Shown here in pieces: positions 52,344-61,634 of a stretch of DNA of 64,000 bases. Under the pieces are notes generated by a model that worked only from the letters and a program-made list of their open reading frames with translations, searched no databases and was not told the origin of the DNA. Within the stretch, counting starts at the first letter, position 1; each line of letters opens with the position of its first letter. Origin of the DNA: a virus; the IMG/VR virus record IMGVR_UViG_3300020583_000224, positions 32,001-96,000 of that record; one strand, written 5' to 3'. The translations under genes and the position numbers were made by a program.

Positions 52344-53812
52344 TGGCGCGCCGTAAGCGTTCGACCCTCGACCGGATGGCTTTTCACATGAAGCCGAACC
52401 GGGTCCTGGCGCGCTATCTGAGCGGCGGCAGGCACCAGACCTTCAAGTCGATCGCGAAGTCGCCGTTCAAGGAGCGCACGGTCCACACCGCGAAGTCGGG
52501 TCGGCACGCGTATCAGCAGCAGATGGCCCGGGAGCGGAAGGCGCGGGCGGCCACCGCCGCAAGGCAGCGCAAGCAGGCAGTAGCGGACCAGCGGGGCGCT
52601 CGCGCCCAGATGCGCCAGCAGCAGCCGAAGCCGCCGCGCACTTCCCGGCAGCCGATCGCGGTCGACCCGCGCACCGGCAAGCCGATCACCTGGGCGCAGG
52701 CGCAGAAAGCCGCCCGGGACGCGAACGCGCGCGCCGACCGGCTCGCGGCCGGGCACGACGGCGACGCCCCGGCACGCCGCCCGCGCCGGCCGAAGCCCGA
52801 ACCGGCCACGCCGCTCGCCCGCGCGATTGCCGAGGTGCAGAAGAACAAGAAGAAGCCGGCCAAACCCGCACCGAAGAAGCAGCCCCGGAAGAAGCCGACC
52901 TCAGCCAAGCGCGCGACGGCGAAGCGGCGTCCCGCGAAGAAGGGGAAGGGTGTCGCGGCGACGGTCGCGGACCTGATCCCCGGCCAGGCGATCCTCGCCG
53001 CGACGATGCCCGGTCGCGACACGCCCGGCGCCGGGCCGAAGCCCGTGAACCCTCGGACCCGCGCCTCCCGCACCGCACGCAGGGGCATCTACGGGGAGGT
53101 GCTCAAGCGCACCTGCGAATGCGGCGGCACCGGCCGCATCCCGATCTATAACAATCAGGGCGACCCGGCGGGCTCCACCTCGTGCCCCGAGCACGGCCGC
53201 GCCGGGGACGCCCGTGGCGCGAAGCGTTGGACGGCGAAGCGGGCGATCCGCGACTCGGGACTGCCGGGGCTCGGCGCGTGGCTCGAGAAGCGGCGCACGA
53301 AGAAGCGCGGCAACTCCGACGCGCGGCAGCACAGGGCATGGGAACTGGCTCAGGGCGAACTCAGAATGGCCGGGCCAACCCTCGAATGCGAATGGTGCGA
53401 GGACGGCCTGGTGAACCGGCAGTTGACCGACCGGCTGCGCAAACAGCACATCATGAAGGCCCGCGCCGACGCTGCGGCCCTGATCCGTGCCGCGCAAGCC
53501 CACAACGCCGAGGTCGCCGACACCGGTGAGGGCAGGCAGGTGAAGGTCCCGAAGATGCCGACGGAGAAGCAGTTGCAGACTGATGCGCGCCGCACCTTCC
53601 CGTACGATCACTGCTCCGTCTGCAAGGGCCTGGGCCGTGTCGCGACCGGTGTACGGCTGCTGCAGGACGGGTCCCAGCCGGTGGCCGAGTGGCGTGCTGC
53701 GGCTGGGTTGAAGGACGGTCACCGGTCGACGGCGCGGCAGCGGTCGACGGGACGGCGCCCGACGGAGAATGCGGCGCGGGTGGAGCGGCGCCGGATCGTG
53801 CCTCGACTGTAG
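52343..53812 (+). CDS. very basic protein with DnaJ-like CxxCxGxG zinc motifs
   Basis: AAGGAGG RBS, TGATG coupling; K/R-rich; CECGGTG, CEWCEDG, CSVCKGLG. Confidence 0.75.
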   Translation: MARRKRSTLDRMAFHMKPNRVLARYLSGGRHQTFKSIAKSPFKERTVHTAKSGRHAYQQQMARERKARAATAARQRKQAVADQRGARAQMRQQQPKPPRTSRQPIAVDPRTGKPITWAQAQKAARDANARADRLAAGHDGDAPARRPRRPKPEPATPLARAIAEVQKNKKKPAKPAPKKQPRKKPTSAKRATAKRRPAKKGKGVAATVADLIPGQAILAATMPGRDTPGAGPKPVNPRTRASRTARRGIYGEVLKRTCECGGTGRIPIYNNQGDPAGSTSCPEHGRAGDARGAKRWTAKRAIRDSGLPGLGAWLEKRRTKKRGNSDARQHRAWELAQGELRMAGPTLECEWCEDGLVNRQLTDRLRKQHIMKARADAAALIRAAQAHNAEVADTGEGRQVKVPKMPTEKQLQTDARRTFPYDHCSVCKGLGRVATGVRLLQDGSQPVAEWRAAAGLKDGHRSTARQRSTGRRPTENAARVERRRIVPRL

Positions 53813-53839
53813 GAAAATATTTAGCATTGCTAAGCATCT

Positions 53840-53873
53840 GGGTCGGGGTGGCGCTGTGCCACCCCGACCCTTT
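53840..53873 (+). terminator. intrinsic terminator ending the transfer operon
   Basis: 13-bp stem GGGTCGGGGTGGC/GCCACCCCGACCC plus TTT; palindrome TTAGCA-T-TGCTAA at 53821-53833 just upstream. Confidence 0.8.
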
Positions 53874-53946
53874 CCGTGTGCTGCGGCGTGGGGTGACGTG
53901 CCGCCAGGGCTTGGCGAAGTCTCTAGAAGAATCTTGAGCTACACCC

Positions 53947-53978
53947 TTGACGATACCACCGGGGGGTGGCATCATAGT
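53947..53978 (+). promoter_or_regulatory. promoter with palindromic spacer
   Basis: TTGACG (53947-53952), then CATCAT/CATAGT; spacer contains CCACC-gggg-GGTGG. Confidence 0.55.
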
Positions 53979-54014
53979 ACTTAGAGGGAGACGCCGACCG
54001 GAAGGAAACCAGAA

Positions 54015-54927
54015 ATGACCGCCACCGCCACCAAGATCCAGCCGGAGATCGAAGACGGAGAGTGCGTCAACTGCGGAGTCCCGGAAGACGAGATCTGCGA
54101 GCGGTGTGGATGCGACTGCGGCCACGGCCCTGACGGGCTGAAGCTCTTCGGGGGCCCCGATAGCGAGTACTGCCCGCACGGCTGCAAGACCGCCTACGGC
54201 GACGGCGAGGAGACCTGGGCTGCGGACGAAGCCCAGCGGCGGGAGCTGGAAGGATGGCAGGCCTGATGGGCGGGCAGGACGCCGGGGCGCGGGGAGTACC
54301 CGGCCCCACCCTGGGGTCGATCTTGGGAGATGCCGACGCCGCCCTCACGCACCTCGCCGCCACCCACACCCCGCTCGCCCGCGCCCAAGAACTCAAGCGC
54401 TGGACCGAAGCCGTCCAAGCCCTCAGCAAGCGCATCGGCGACGACACCACCGAAGCCGTCTGGCAAGCCGCGCAATCGCAGCCCTCCGCCGACGTGGCCG
54501 CCGCACTCGGCGTCTCCAAGTCCGCCGTCGACAACCGGGTCAACGCGTACCGCAAAGCGCACCCGGACGCGCCCCGAAAGGACCCCCGACCGTGAACGCT
54601 CCCAGCCTCGCTGCCGACCACGCCTACTACTGCGCCCCGGCCGAACGCCACGACACGTACGACACGTGGGCCGAGTTCGCCGACCTGGAAGCAGGCGCCG
54701 ACCACGACCGGAACCTGCTGTTCCGCTGGGACTGGATCCCGGGCGACGGGTACGGCGCGGCCAGCCTCGAACTGTTCTTCGCCCTACAGGGCAAGGGCGA
54801 GCTGCGGTCCGTCACGGTCGCGGTGCTCGCCGAGGACGAGACGGCGGTCCGCGCGTACCTGCAGCCGCGGCTCGAGCACCTGGCGGGCCTGTGGGCGCCG
54901 CTCTCGCTGTCGGCCGCCGGGGCATGA
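54015..54927 (+). other. three genes (54015-54266 Cys-rich; 54254-54595 HTH; 54592-54927 hypothetical)
   Basis: SADVAAALGVSKSAVDNRV HTH in the middle gene; couplings. Confidence 0.65.
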
Positions 54928-54978
54928 CAGGGTGACCCGATAGCTACGCTAAGTATTTCCCCCACCTAAACTGACCCC

Positions 54979-55539
54979 ATGGACGGCGAGTCGACGCGCG
55001 CCAGAATCCGCGAACTCGTAGGCGACGGCGCGGCCACCCTCCAGCAGATCGCCGACAGCCTCGGGATCCGCATGCAGACTGTCGCCGGGCACATCGCGCG
55101 CATGCCGGATGCGGCCGGGATCCGCGCGGCTATGGACCGCAACAAGCCGGCGCCGCGCACCCTGACTGCGTTCGGCGAGGCCAAGACCGTGACCGCCTGG
55201 TCGAGGGACCCGCGCAGCCGCATATCACGGAACACGCTGCGCACGCGGCTCGCCGATGGCTGGAGTCTCGAGGACGCGCTCACCACCGGACCCAGGAGGC
55301 GCGGGCAGACGGTGACGCTCACCGTCGAGGAGGCTGCCGCGTTGAAGGCCGCGGCAGGCCGGGTGCGTGCACTGCCGCAGGTGCACAGGAACACGACCGC
55401 CGACGCGCCGGAACGGGCTGCGACCAGAGAGCTGCGCGAGCTGATCCGGCAGGCAGCCGAGCGGGCGTCCATCGGCGAGATCGCGCGGGCGGCCGGGCTT
55501 AGCTACCAGCAGGCGTGGCGGCACCTTCGGCGCGCATAA
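54979..55539 (+). CDS. multi-HTH DNA-binding protein
   Basis: ATLQQIADSLGIRMQTV and SIGEIARAAGLSY HTHs flank an HNH-associated LTAFGEAKTV..W...TLRTRL..GWSLEDALT module. Confidence 0.7.
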   Translation: MDGESTRARIRELVGDGAATLQQIADSLGIRMQTVAGHIARMPDAAGIRAAMDRNKPAPRTLTAFGEAKTVTAWSRDPRSRISRNTLRTRLADGWSLEDALTTGPRRRGQTVTLTVEEAAALKAAAGRVRALPQVHRNTTADAPERAATRELRELIRQAAERASIGEIARAAGLSYQQAWRHLRRA

Positions 55540-55716
55540 GGTCCGTAGGGCCGCACTTCGACACCGAAGGAAACTGACTCCAAGGTTAGGAAACAGGAAA
55601 CCCCTTCCGCCCGCTGTCGGCGGGCGAGAGAATCAGAACAAGAAGACGGGTCGCCACCGACGCTACGGCGACGACCCAGCCCCCTCCGTACCAGACACGA
55701 AGGAGACACGCACATC

Positions 55717-56160
55717 ATGACCGACCCCAAGCCCCGGGCCAAGCCCCGGGTTTTGATCACCAGCTACGGCGTGCTGCACGGCGTCCCGCCCGCACCCCGG
55801 CATCACGCGATGCCCGTCGAGGTCGACCTCGCCGACGCGCTGCGCAACCCGCACGACGACCCCGGCATGCGGTACCTGACCGGGCTCGACCCCAAGGTCG
55901 CCGCGCACGTCATGACGACCCCCGGCGCTACTGACTACCGCGACCAGGCCGTCCACGAGATCCAGGTGCGCATCAGCCTCGGCGTGGACCCTGTCGAAGT
56001 GTTCGTCTACTGCCGCGGCGGACGCCACCGTTCCGTCGCGATGGCCGAAGCGATCGGTTCCGCGCTATCGGCCCGGGCCGTCCGCGTGACCATCGAGCAC
56101 CGCGACATCGACAAGCCCGTCGTCCAAGCCATCCCCGCAACCAGCGCCAAGGAGGCGTGA
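55717..56160 (+). CDS. RapZ C-terminal-domain-like protein
   Basis: ITSYG..HG.P...LRNPHDDP.MRYLTGLD...CRGGRHRSVAMAE...IEHRDI. Confidence 0.85.
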   Translation: MTDPKPRAKPRVLITSYGVLHGVPPAPRHHAMPVEVDLADALRNPHDDPGMRYLTGLDPKVAAHVMTTPGATDYRDQAVHEIQVRISLGVDPVEVFVYCRGGRHRSVAMAEAIGSALSARAVRVTIEHRDIDKPVVQAIPATSAKEA

Positions 56161-56348
56161 CCATGTCGAGGCGCAGCCGGAACGAGGAGAACAACGAGCG
56201 CTGGGAGAACATGGTCACCCAGGCAGGCAGCTTCGTCGCCGCGGCAAGCGACGCCCGCGCCCGCGGCGACAACCGGAACGCCGACCACTGGACGCACATG
56301 GCCGACGTGTCCCTGAACCTCGCAGAAACGGTCCGCGAGGACCGGTAG
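56157..56348 (+). CDS. small hypothetical protein
   Basis: AAGGAGG RBS, GTGA coupling. Confidence 0.55.
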   Translation: MTMSRRSRNEENNERWENMVTQAGSFVAAASDARARGDNRNADHWTHMADVSLNLAETVREDR

Positions 56349-56567
56349 TCCGGCAGGCCATTCGACCGCTCCTCGTGATCCCGGTTGCCCGCGTGGTGCC
56401 GGGATCACGCGCGTCAGGGGGCGCACTTCGAGACAACTTGCGCCCCGCGCCCCGTAGCCCCACAATCGCGCTAGACGATCACGCCCGCCCCGATGACCAG
56501 TCAGGGCGGGCTACGCGGATCACGGGCGTCTCCCCAAATGCTAACGCGCACCATCGGGAGCCGCCGC

Positions 56568-57443
56568 ATGCCCAGAGACCACCGCGCCGCACGACCCTAC
56601 TGGGTGCACAGCGACCCCGAACCGGCCCCCGAAACCACCGCGCCGGACGCCACCCCTTGCGTAGGACGATGCAACGCAGCCTGGCGCGCCGCGGAGCAGC
56701 GCAAGGCCGACAGGGGGACCGAGCACACCCTCAAGCCGCGCGCCGGCTATCCGATCTGGTGCCCGCCCTGCGCCACCTCCATCCGCGGCGCCCTCGGCGA
56801 CATGCCCGAACTCGCGGTACGCCTCCACGTCGAGATCTCCGCGGGCGCCAGCGCCACCGCCCTCGACGACGACCTGAACGTCACCGGCTCCCGCGAACGC
56901 GCCCTGCACGAGCACGAGGCCATTGTGTTCACCCTCGAAGAAGCCGCCGGATTCCTCACCGACTGGGAAGACACCGTCCGTGCCCAGCGAGACCTGCCGC
57001 CGCGCACCAGCGGCCACCAGCAATCGAAGCAGGCGAAAGCAGTAGAGACCTCAAGCCGGTTCCTCCAACGCCACCTCGCATGGCTGCTCGACGAACACCC
57101 CGACACCGCGCCCGAAGGCGACGAGCGGCTCGCGAGCGAAGGCTTCGGACTCGACCTGCTCGCCATGCACCGCAAAGCCCAAGCCATGACCAAGACCGGC
57201 GAGGTGCGCCCCGAACCCTGCGAAGGCGTCTTCTGCCCCAGTTGCGACCTGCGCTCCCTCGAGTGGGAAGTCGATCCGGACACGAACGCCGCGACCGGCT
57301 ACGTCCGGTGCCGCGTGTGCCGGCCCCGCTTCGTAATGACAGCCGACGAATACCACCAGTGGACGAAGATGGAAGACCACGACGCACGCAAGCGCGGCCT
57401 CGCGACCCCGGCGGTGCTCGCGAAGGCGGGGCTCGCGCGGTGA
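56568..57443 (+). CDS. zinc-finger phage protein, putative late-transcription regulator
   Basis: CxxC motifs at both ends, L..HL.WL motif; immediately upstream of the late promoter and leader. Confidence 0.55.
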   Translation: MPRDHRAARPYWVHSDPEPAPETTAPDATPCVGRCNAAWRAAEQRKADRGTEHTLKPRAGYPIWCPPCATSIRGALGDMPELAVRLHVEISAGASATALDDDLNVTGSRERALHEHEAIVFTLEEAAGFLTDWEDTVRAQRDLPPRTSGHQQSKQAKAVETSSRFLQRHLAWLLDEHPDTAPEGDERLASEGFGLDLLAMHRKAQAMTKTGEVRPEPCEGVFCPSCDLRSLEWEVDPDTNAATGYVRCRVCRPRFVMTADEYHQWTKMEDHDARKRGLATPAVLAKAGLAR

Positions 57444-57703
57444 CCAGGCCCGAGTTCGATCCGGATGATCCGCTATTCCGGCCGATCAGCATCAAGCAGG
57501 CCATGGAGTTGACGCGCCGGTCCGACGACACGATCAACCGGTGGATCAAGGACGGGCATCTGCGCGTCATCCACCTCAAGGACCCGCCGGAGGAAGCGCT
57601 GATCGAGCGCGAGGTCGTGGACACCGCGATTCAGAAGCGGAAGAACGCCCACCGCGGCAGGCCCCGCCCGAAGCGCGGTGAAGCCACTGGCGACACGGCT
57701 TGA
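57440..57703 (+). CDS. HTH_17-like DNA-binding protein
   Basis: ISIKQAMELTRRSDDTINRWIKDGHL. Confidence 0.75.
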   Translation: MTRPEFDPDDPLFRPISIKQAMELTRRSDDTINRWIKDGHLRVIHLKDPPEEALIEREVVDTAIQKRKNAHRGRPRPKRGEATGDTA

Positions 57704-57860
57704 CTCGCAGGTCACTCGCGTGCGACATTCTCGGTGCGGGAGTATGTCCGCACGCAAGTTCGCCCGGCCAGCGTGGCCGGGGAAGTGGTGCTCGTCCAGG
57801 GTCCGGCCGGACCGGATCGAGCGCCCAGCCTTGAGAGCCCCGCCAAGCGCGGGGCTTTCG
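57700..57860 (+). promoter_or_regulatory. putative late promoter followed by a terminator-like hairpin
   Basis: TTGACT (57700), 18 bp, GACATT (57724); AGCCCCGC...GCGGGGCT-TT at about 57836-57858. Confidence 0.55.
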
Positions 57861-57879
57861 GCTTCCGCAGTATTCTGCA

Positions 57880-57921
57880 CGTGTCGGCGGAGGCGAGGGT
57901 TCGAATCCCTACCGCCACACG
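57880..57921 (+). ncRNA. tRNA minihelix-like element (acceptor + T-arm only)
   Basis: GTGT-c-GGCGG...AGGG-TTCGAAT-CCCT-a-CCGCC-ACAC. Confidence 0.5.
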
Positions 57922-58025
57922 GTAACCAATCCGTAGTGGCGCAGCTCGCCCTGGTCGAGCGCCGCCGACCTCCAGTCAGGCCTGGGCTGCCGTCCGCGAG
58001 GACCGCGGCCCATCGCCCTTTTCGG

Positions 58026-58093
58026 GCCGTGGGTGCGCCGCGACCATGGCTATCCGCGCGCACCAGGAACAGCGGTTCGAACCCGCACACGGC
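58026..58093 (+). ncRNA. tRNA-like element without D arm
   Basis: GCCGTG/CACGGC acceptor; GGTGCG/CGCACC internal stem; GCGG-TTCGAAC-CCGC T-arm. Confidence 0.5.
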
Positions 58094-58147
58094 GCTAAGG
58101 ATCGCGGTCCCGACCCGGGTCTGACCGCCCGCAGTCGGAGGCGAGCC

Positions 58148-58669
58148 ATGGCCGACGAGTGGACCGTAGACACGCTGAAGCTGTACGCGGACGCGGCCAT
58201 CGCGCACGCCAGCGACGTTGCCCGCATCGCGATCGAAGCAGCGGAGAAGCTCTCCAGTCAACGCTTCGAGGACCAGCAGATCGCGGTCACTGCGGCGCTG
58301 GCTGCGCAGAAGGAAGCCGTCGCTGCGGCGCTTACGGCCGCAGACCGGGCTGTCGCGAAAGCGGAAACCGCAGCTGAGAGACGCTTCGCCTCAGTGAACG
58401 AGTTCCGAGCTCAACTGAGCGACCAGGCGTCGACGTTCATGTCCCGCGCTGAGGCCCTGCTGCAGATCAACGCGAACGCCGAGAAGATCGACGCGTTGTC
58501 TGCGCGCATGGACCGCGGTGAAGGCGGCCACGCCGGCGCAGCGGAGTCTCGTAGCGAGCAGCGCCAGTCGCAGGCCGCAGGGATCAGCCAGGGCGTACTG
58601 GTGTCCATGGGGATCGCGATCTTAATCTCGCTTGCGGCGCTCATCACTTCGATCGTGATGCACCACTGA
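58148..58669 (+). CDS. coiled-coil protein with C-terminal TM (possible lysis accessory)
   Basis: GGAGG RBS; AVAKAETAAERRFASVNEFRAQLSDQ motif; C-terminal hydrophobic helix. Confidence 0.7.
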   Translation: MADEWTVDTLKLYADAAIAHASDVARIAIEAAEKLSSQRFEDQQIAVTAALAAQKEAVAAALTAADRAVAKAETAAERRFASVNEFRAQLSDQASTFMSRAEALLQINANAEKIDALSARMDRGEGGHAGAAESRSEQRQSQAAGISQGVLVSMGIAILISLAALITSIVMHH

Positions 58670-58679
58670 GGCGGGTGTC

Positions 58680-58970
58680 GTGACCGTCACCGACCACCTG
58701 CCCGGCGATGACCCGGTCCGGCTCGATGCGGACAACGCGTACCGGCTGTACTGGCGCGCCGATCGTCCCGGCCCGGCCGGGCTCGTCTGGTCGCACCGTC
58801 TCGACGACGGCCGCTGGTGCTCGGTCGAGATCCCGCTCCGAGGCCACGGTCACGGACGCGGCGAGTGGACCGTGATCCTCGACGAACCGCTCACTGTCAC
58901 CCCAGCACTCCGATGCGCGTGTGGCCGCAAGGGCTGGCTGGACGGCGGGACGTGGAGGCCAGCGAAGTGA
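58680..58970 (+). CDS. DUF6527-like protein
   Basis: H...C...W.V...EPLTVTPALRCACGRKGWLDGGTWRPA. Confidence 0.55.
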   Translation: MTVTDHLPGDDPVRLDADNAYRLYWRADRPGPAGLVWSHRLDDGRWCSVEIPLRGHGHGRGEWTVILDEPLTVTPALRCACGRKGWLDGGTWRPAK

Positions 58971-59218
58971 CCGACAAGCCACTTCCTCGAGTCGAGCGCG
59001 ATCCAGACGACGACCACCCCGTGTTCTTCCACCACTGCACGGCGCCCTGGCTTCGCGATGACTCACCGTCCAGGCGCCTCGGCGGGAAGCTGCCGCTCGG
59101 CCCGAACGGCTGGGAATGGCAGGACGATGGGTCGCTTCGGCCGTCGATCCAGTGCCTTGAGGGCTGCGGCACGCACGGTTTCTGGGACGGTCCAGAGCGA
59201 GGCTGGCGGCCGGCGTGA
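58967..59218 (+). CDS. DUF6527-like protein (tandem paralog)
   Basis: FFHHC...WEW...SLRPSIQC..CGTHGFWDG..GWRPA. Confidence 0.55.
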   Translation: MTDKPLPRVERDPDDDHPVFFHHCTAPWLRDDSPSRRLGGKLPLGPNGWEWQDDGSLRPSIQCLEGCGTHGFWDGPERGWRPA

Positions 59219-59453
59219 GCCGCTCGGGAAGACGCGGGCGGCCTTGTGCCGCGTCGTCCTGCACCTCCTGATCCCGATCTTGGTCCTCACCGTGGTTTGC
59301 GAGGGGCTCGTCGTCCTGACGCTGCTGCGTATCGCCACGGCGCTCCTGAACTTCCTGGCCAGCAACTGAACCATCCACGCACCAAAAAGGACCAGCGCCA
59401 TCAGCACCGCACTGCTCGACAGGCCCACCCGAGCCGACGCCGGGGACCGAACC

Positions 59454-61114
59454 ATGCGATACCGGCCCCCGCGCCCCGGCGACCTCCTCACCGTCCGCAG
59501 CAGCAACCCGTACCTCGACGAGGCGCAAGTGGTCGTCGAGACGGTGGCAGACAACGGCGGGTTCTTACTCATCTCCGGCACCTGGGGCACGCACGACCTC
59601 GAGGTCGTCCTGCGCAGGGTTGGCGAACCGCACCTTCAACCACAGGAGAACTAAATGTCCTTCCTCACTCCCGTCATCGACGAGCTCCACGCCATCTGGG
59701 CGAAGCTCGAGGCCGAGGGCCACGCGGTCGCGGCCGACGTCAAGTCCGTGCTCGACAAGCTGAAGGCGGACGCCCCGGCCGTCGAGCAGGAGGCCGTCGC
59801 GGACGCCGAGAAGGTGGCTGCCGACGCGGAGACCGCGGCCAAGCCCGTCGTCGCCGAAGCCGTCAAGGCCGCCGAGACCGTCGCGTCCGAGGCCGCGGCC
59901 GACGTCGCCAAGTCCGCCTGAGCGACCGCCGCACACCACCCACCAAGGAACGAGACACCATGAGCGAGACCCAAGACAGGCGCTACCGCGTCACCTGGCG
60001 CAGCACCACACCGGCTGGCATCGGTAGCACCAGCCTCGAATTCCTCGAAGAGCGCACGATCATCGCCGCCTACTACCGGCGGGACGAAGACCGAATGGTG
60101 TTCAAGCGCGCCGACGGCATGCAGGCGTTCGACGTGGCCGCGGACCTCGTCGAGACGATCGAGGTCGTCGAGGACGCGGCGGTGAGCGCGTAATGCTTAC
60201 TGGCCGTGCCGCGCTTCTGCGCCCCGACATCAACGACCTCCACGTCACCGAGGTCGTGCTCGTCGCGCCCGAGGACGCCACCCAGCCCTACATGACTGAC
60301 GGCGAGTACGCGCTACTGCTACGCCAGTGGTCCCGGCAGAGCAACACCAAGCGGGTCAACGCGTCCCGTGCACGCAACGCCAGCCGGGACATCCCCACCT
60401 CCGGGGCCGAACGCCGCCGGGCGAAGAACCACCGGCAGCGCGGCCTCTGCCTCGAACACGTCGCCGCCACTACGCGGTGCACGCACGCGGCGGTCGACGG
60501 AACCGGCCGCTGCGAGCGGCACGCCCCGGACGAGGACGCGTGAACGCCGTGATGCTCGACGACAAGAACTTCCGCCGCGTCATCATCACCTGGCCCGCCC
60601 CGACCACTGCGGGCGTGCTGCCGATCTACGGCGTGACGCTGACCGACGCGGACAGCGGCGAACAGATCGTCTCCGGCCTGAAGCTGGCCCTCACCCTGGG
60701 CACCGACACCAGTTACGACGGCAACATCATCGAGGCCGAAGTCACCGCACTGGTCGACGAAGACGGCCACTTGCTGCCCGCTGGCAAGCGGCCCGTCATC
60801 ACCGAGGAATACGCGGCCCACCGCGCCGCGGCGCCAGAGAAGTTCACCGACGCGTACGGCGAGCACGAAGCCGCATTCAAGGGCCAAGAGCTCCGTACCG
60901 GGGTCTTCAAGTTCGCGGTCGCCGAGATGCGCATCCAGGAGGCCTGATGCTCGCCATTATTGCCGCAGTCCTGTTCGGAGTCGGCTTTGTGCTCGACGGC
61001 GCGGGCGACCACACGAACACGTGGCTCTCGCCCGGCGCGCTCGTCCTCGCCGGACTCGCGCTGCTCGCACTACACCTCAGTGGGGTGACATGGACGCGCA
61101 GGCCTCCGCAGTAG
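59454..61114 (+). other. late small genes (59454-59654, 59655-59921 Ala/Glu-rich, 59960-60193, 60193-60543, 60540-60947, 60947-61114 two-TM)
   Basis: RBSs and couplings. Confidence 0.65.
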
Positions 61115-61599
61115 AGCCGCAGCCTGGGGACATCGGCGTAACTCAGATCGGCGGCGACGTCGGCCGACTCATCCGCTTCGGCCAGTGGCTCAACGGCGAC
61201 GGGTTCGCCAACTACGAGCATTGCTTCGTGTTCGTCGGCGATGGCCAGATCGTGGAAGCAGAGCCCGACGGCGCGCGGATCGCTGATCTAGCCGAGTACG
61301 ACGCACGCACCACTGTGTGGGTCCGTTGCCCCGACCAATACCGGACCGCAGTCGCCGAAGCGGCACGCGCCTTCATCGGACGCCCGTACGGGTTCCTCGA
61401 CTACGCGGTCATCGCCGCCCACCACTGGCACCTGCCGATCCCGGGCCTAAGTCGGGTCGCAGCCAGCACCCGGACGATCATCTGCTCGGCGCTCGCCGTC
61501 GCAGCCGCGCGCGCTGGCGGATGGGACCTGCTCGGCACAGAACCCGCCGGGTACATCACACCCGCAGACCTTGCGGCGCTCGCCGACCCGCTGAGCTGA
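61090..61599 (+). CDS. permuted papain-like NlpC/P60 (YiiX/YebB-type) enzyme
   Basis: PQPGD...YEH.FVFVGDGQIVEA...GRPY...ICSAL...ITPADL; His precedes Cys. Confidence 0.85.
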   Translation: MDAQASAVEPQPGDIGVTQIGGDVGRLIRFGQWLNGDGFANYEHCFVFVGDGQIVEAEPDGARIADLAEYDARTTVWVRCPDQYRTAVAEAARAFIGRPYGFLDYAVIAAHHWHLPIPGLSRVAASTRTIICSALAVAAARAGGWDLLGTEPAGYITPADLAALADPLS

Positions 61600-61634
61600 C
61601 GGCCGTTCACCGATCGCAGCAAGGGCGGTGACCC

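Noticed and set aside
57925-57985. Possible tRNA 5' half (TGGCGCAGCTCG...GGTCGAGCGC...GACCTCCAGTC) or permuted tRNA
   Set aside because: No consistent acceptor pairing or 7-nt anticodon loop could be built
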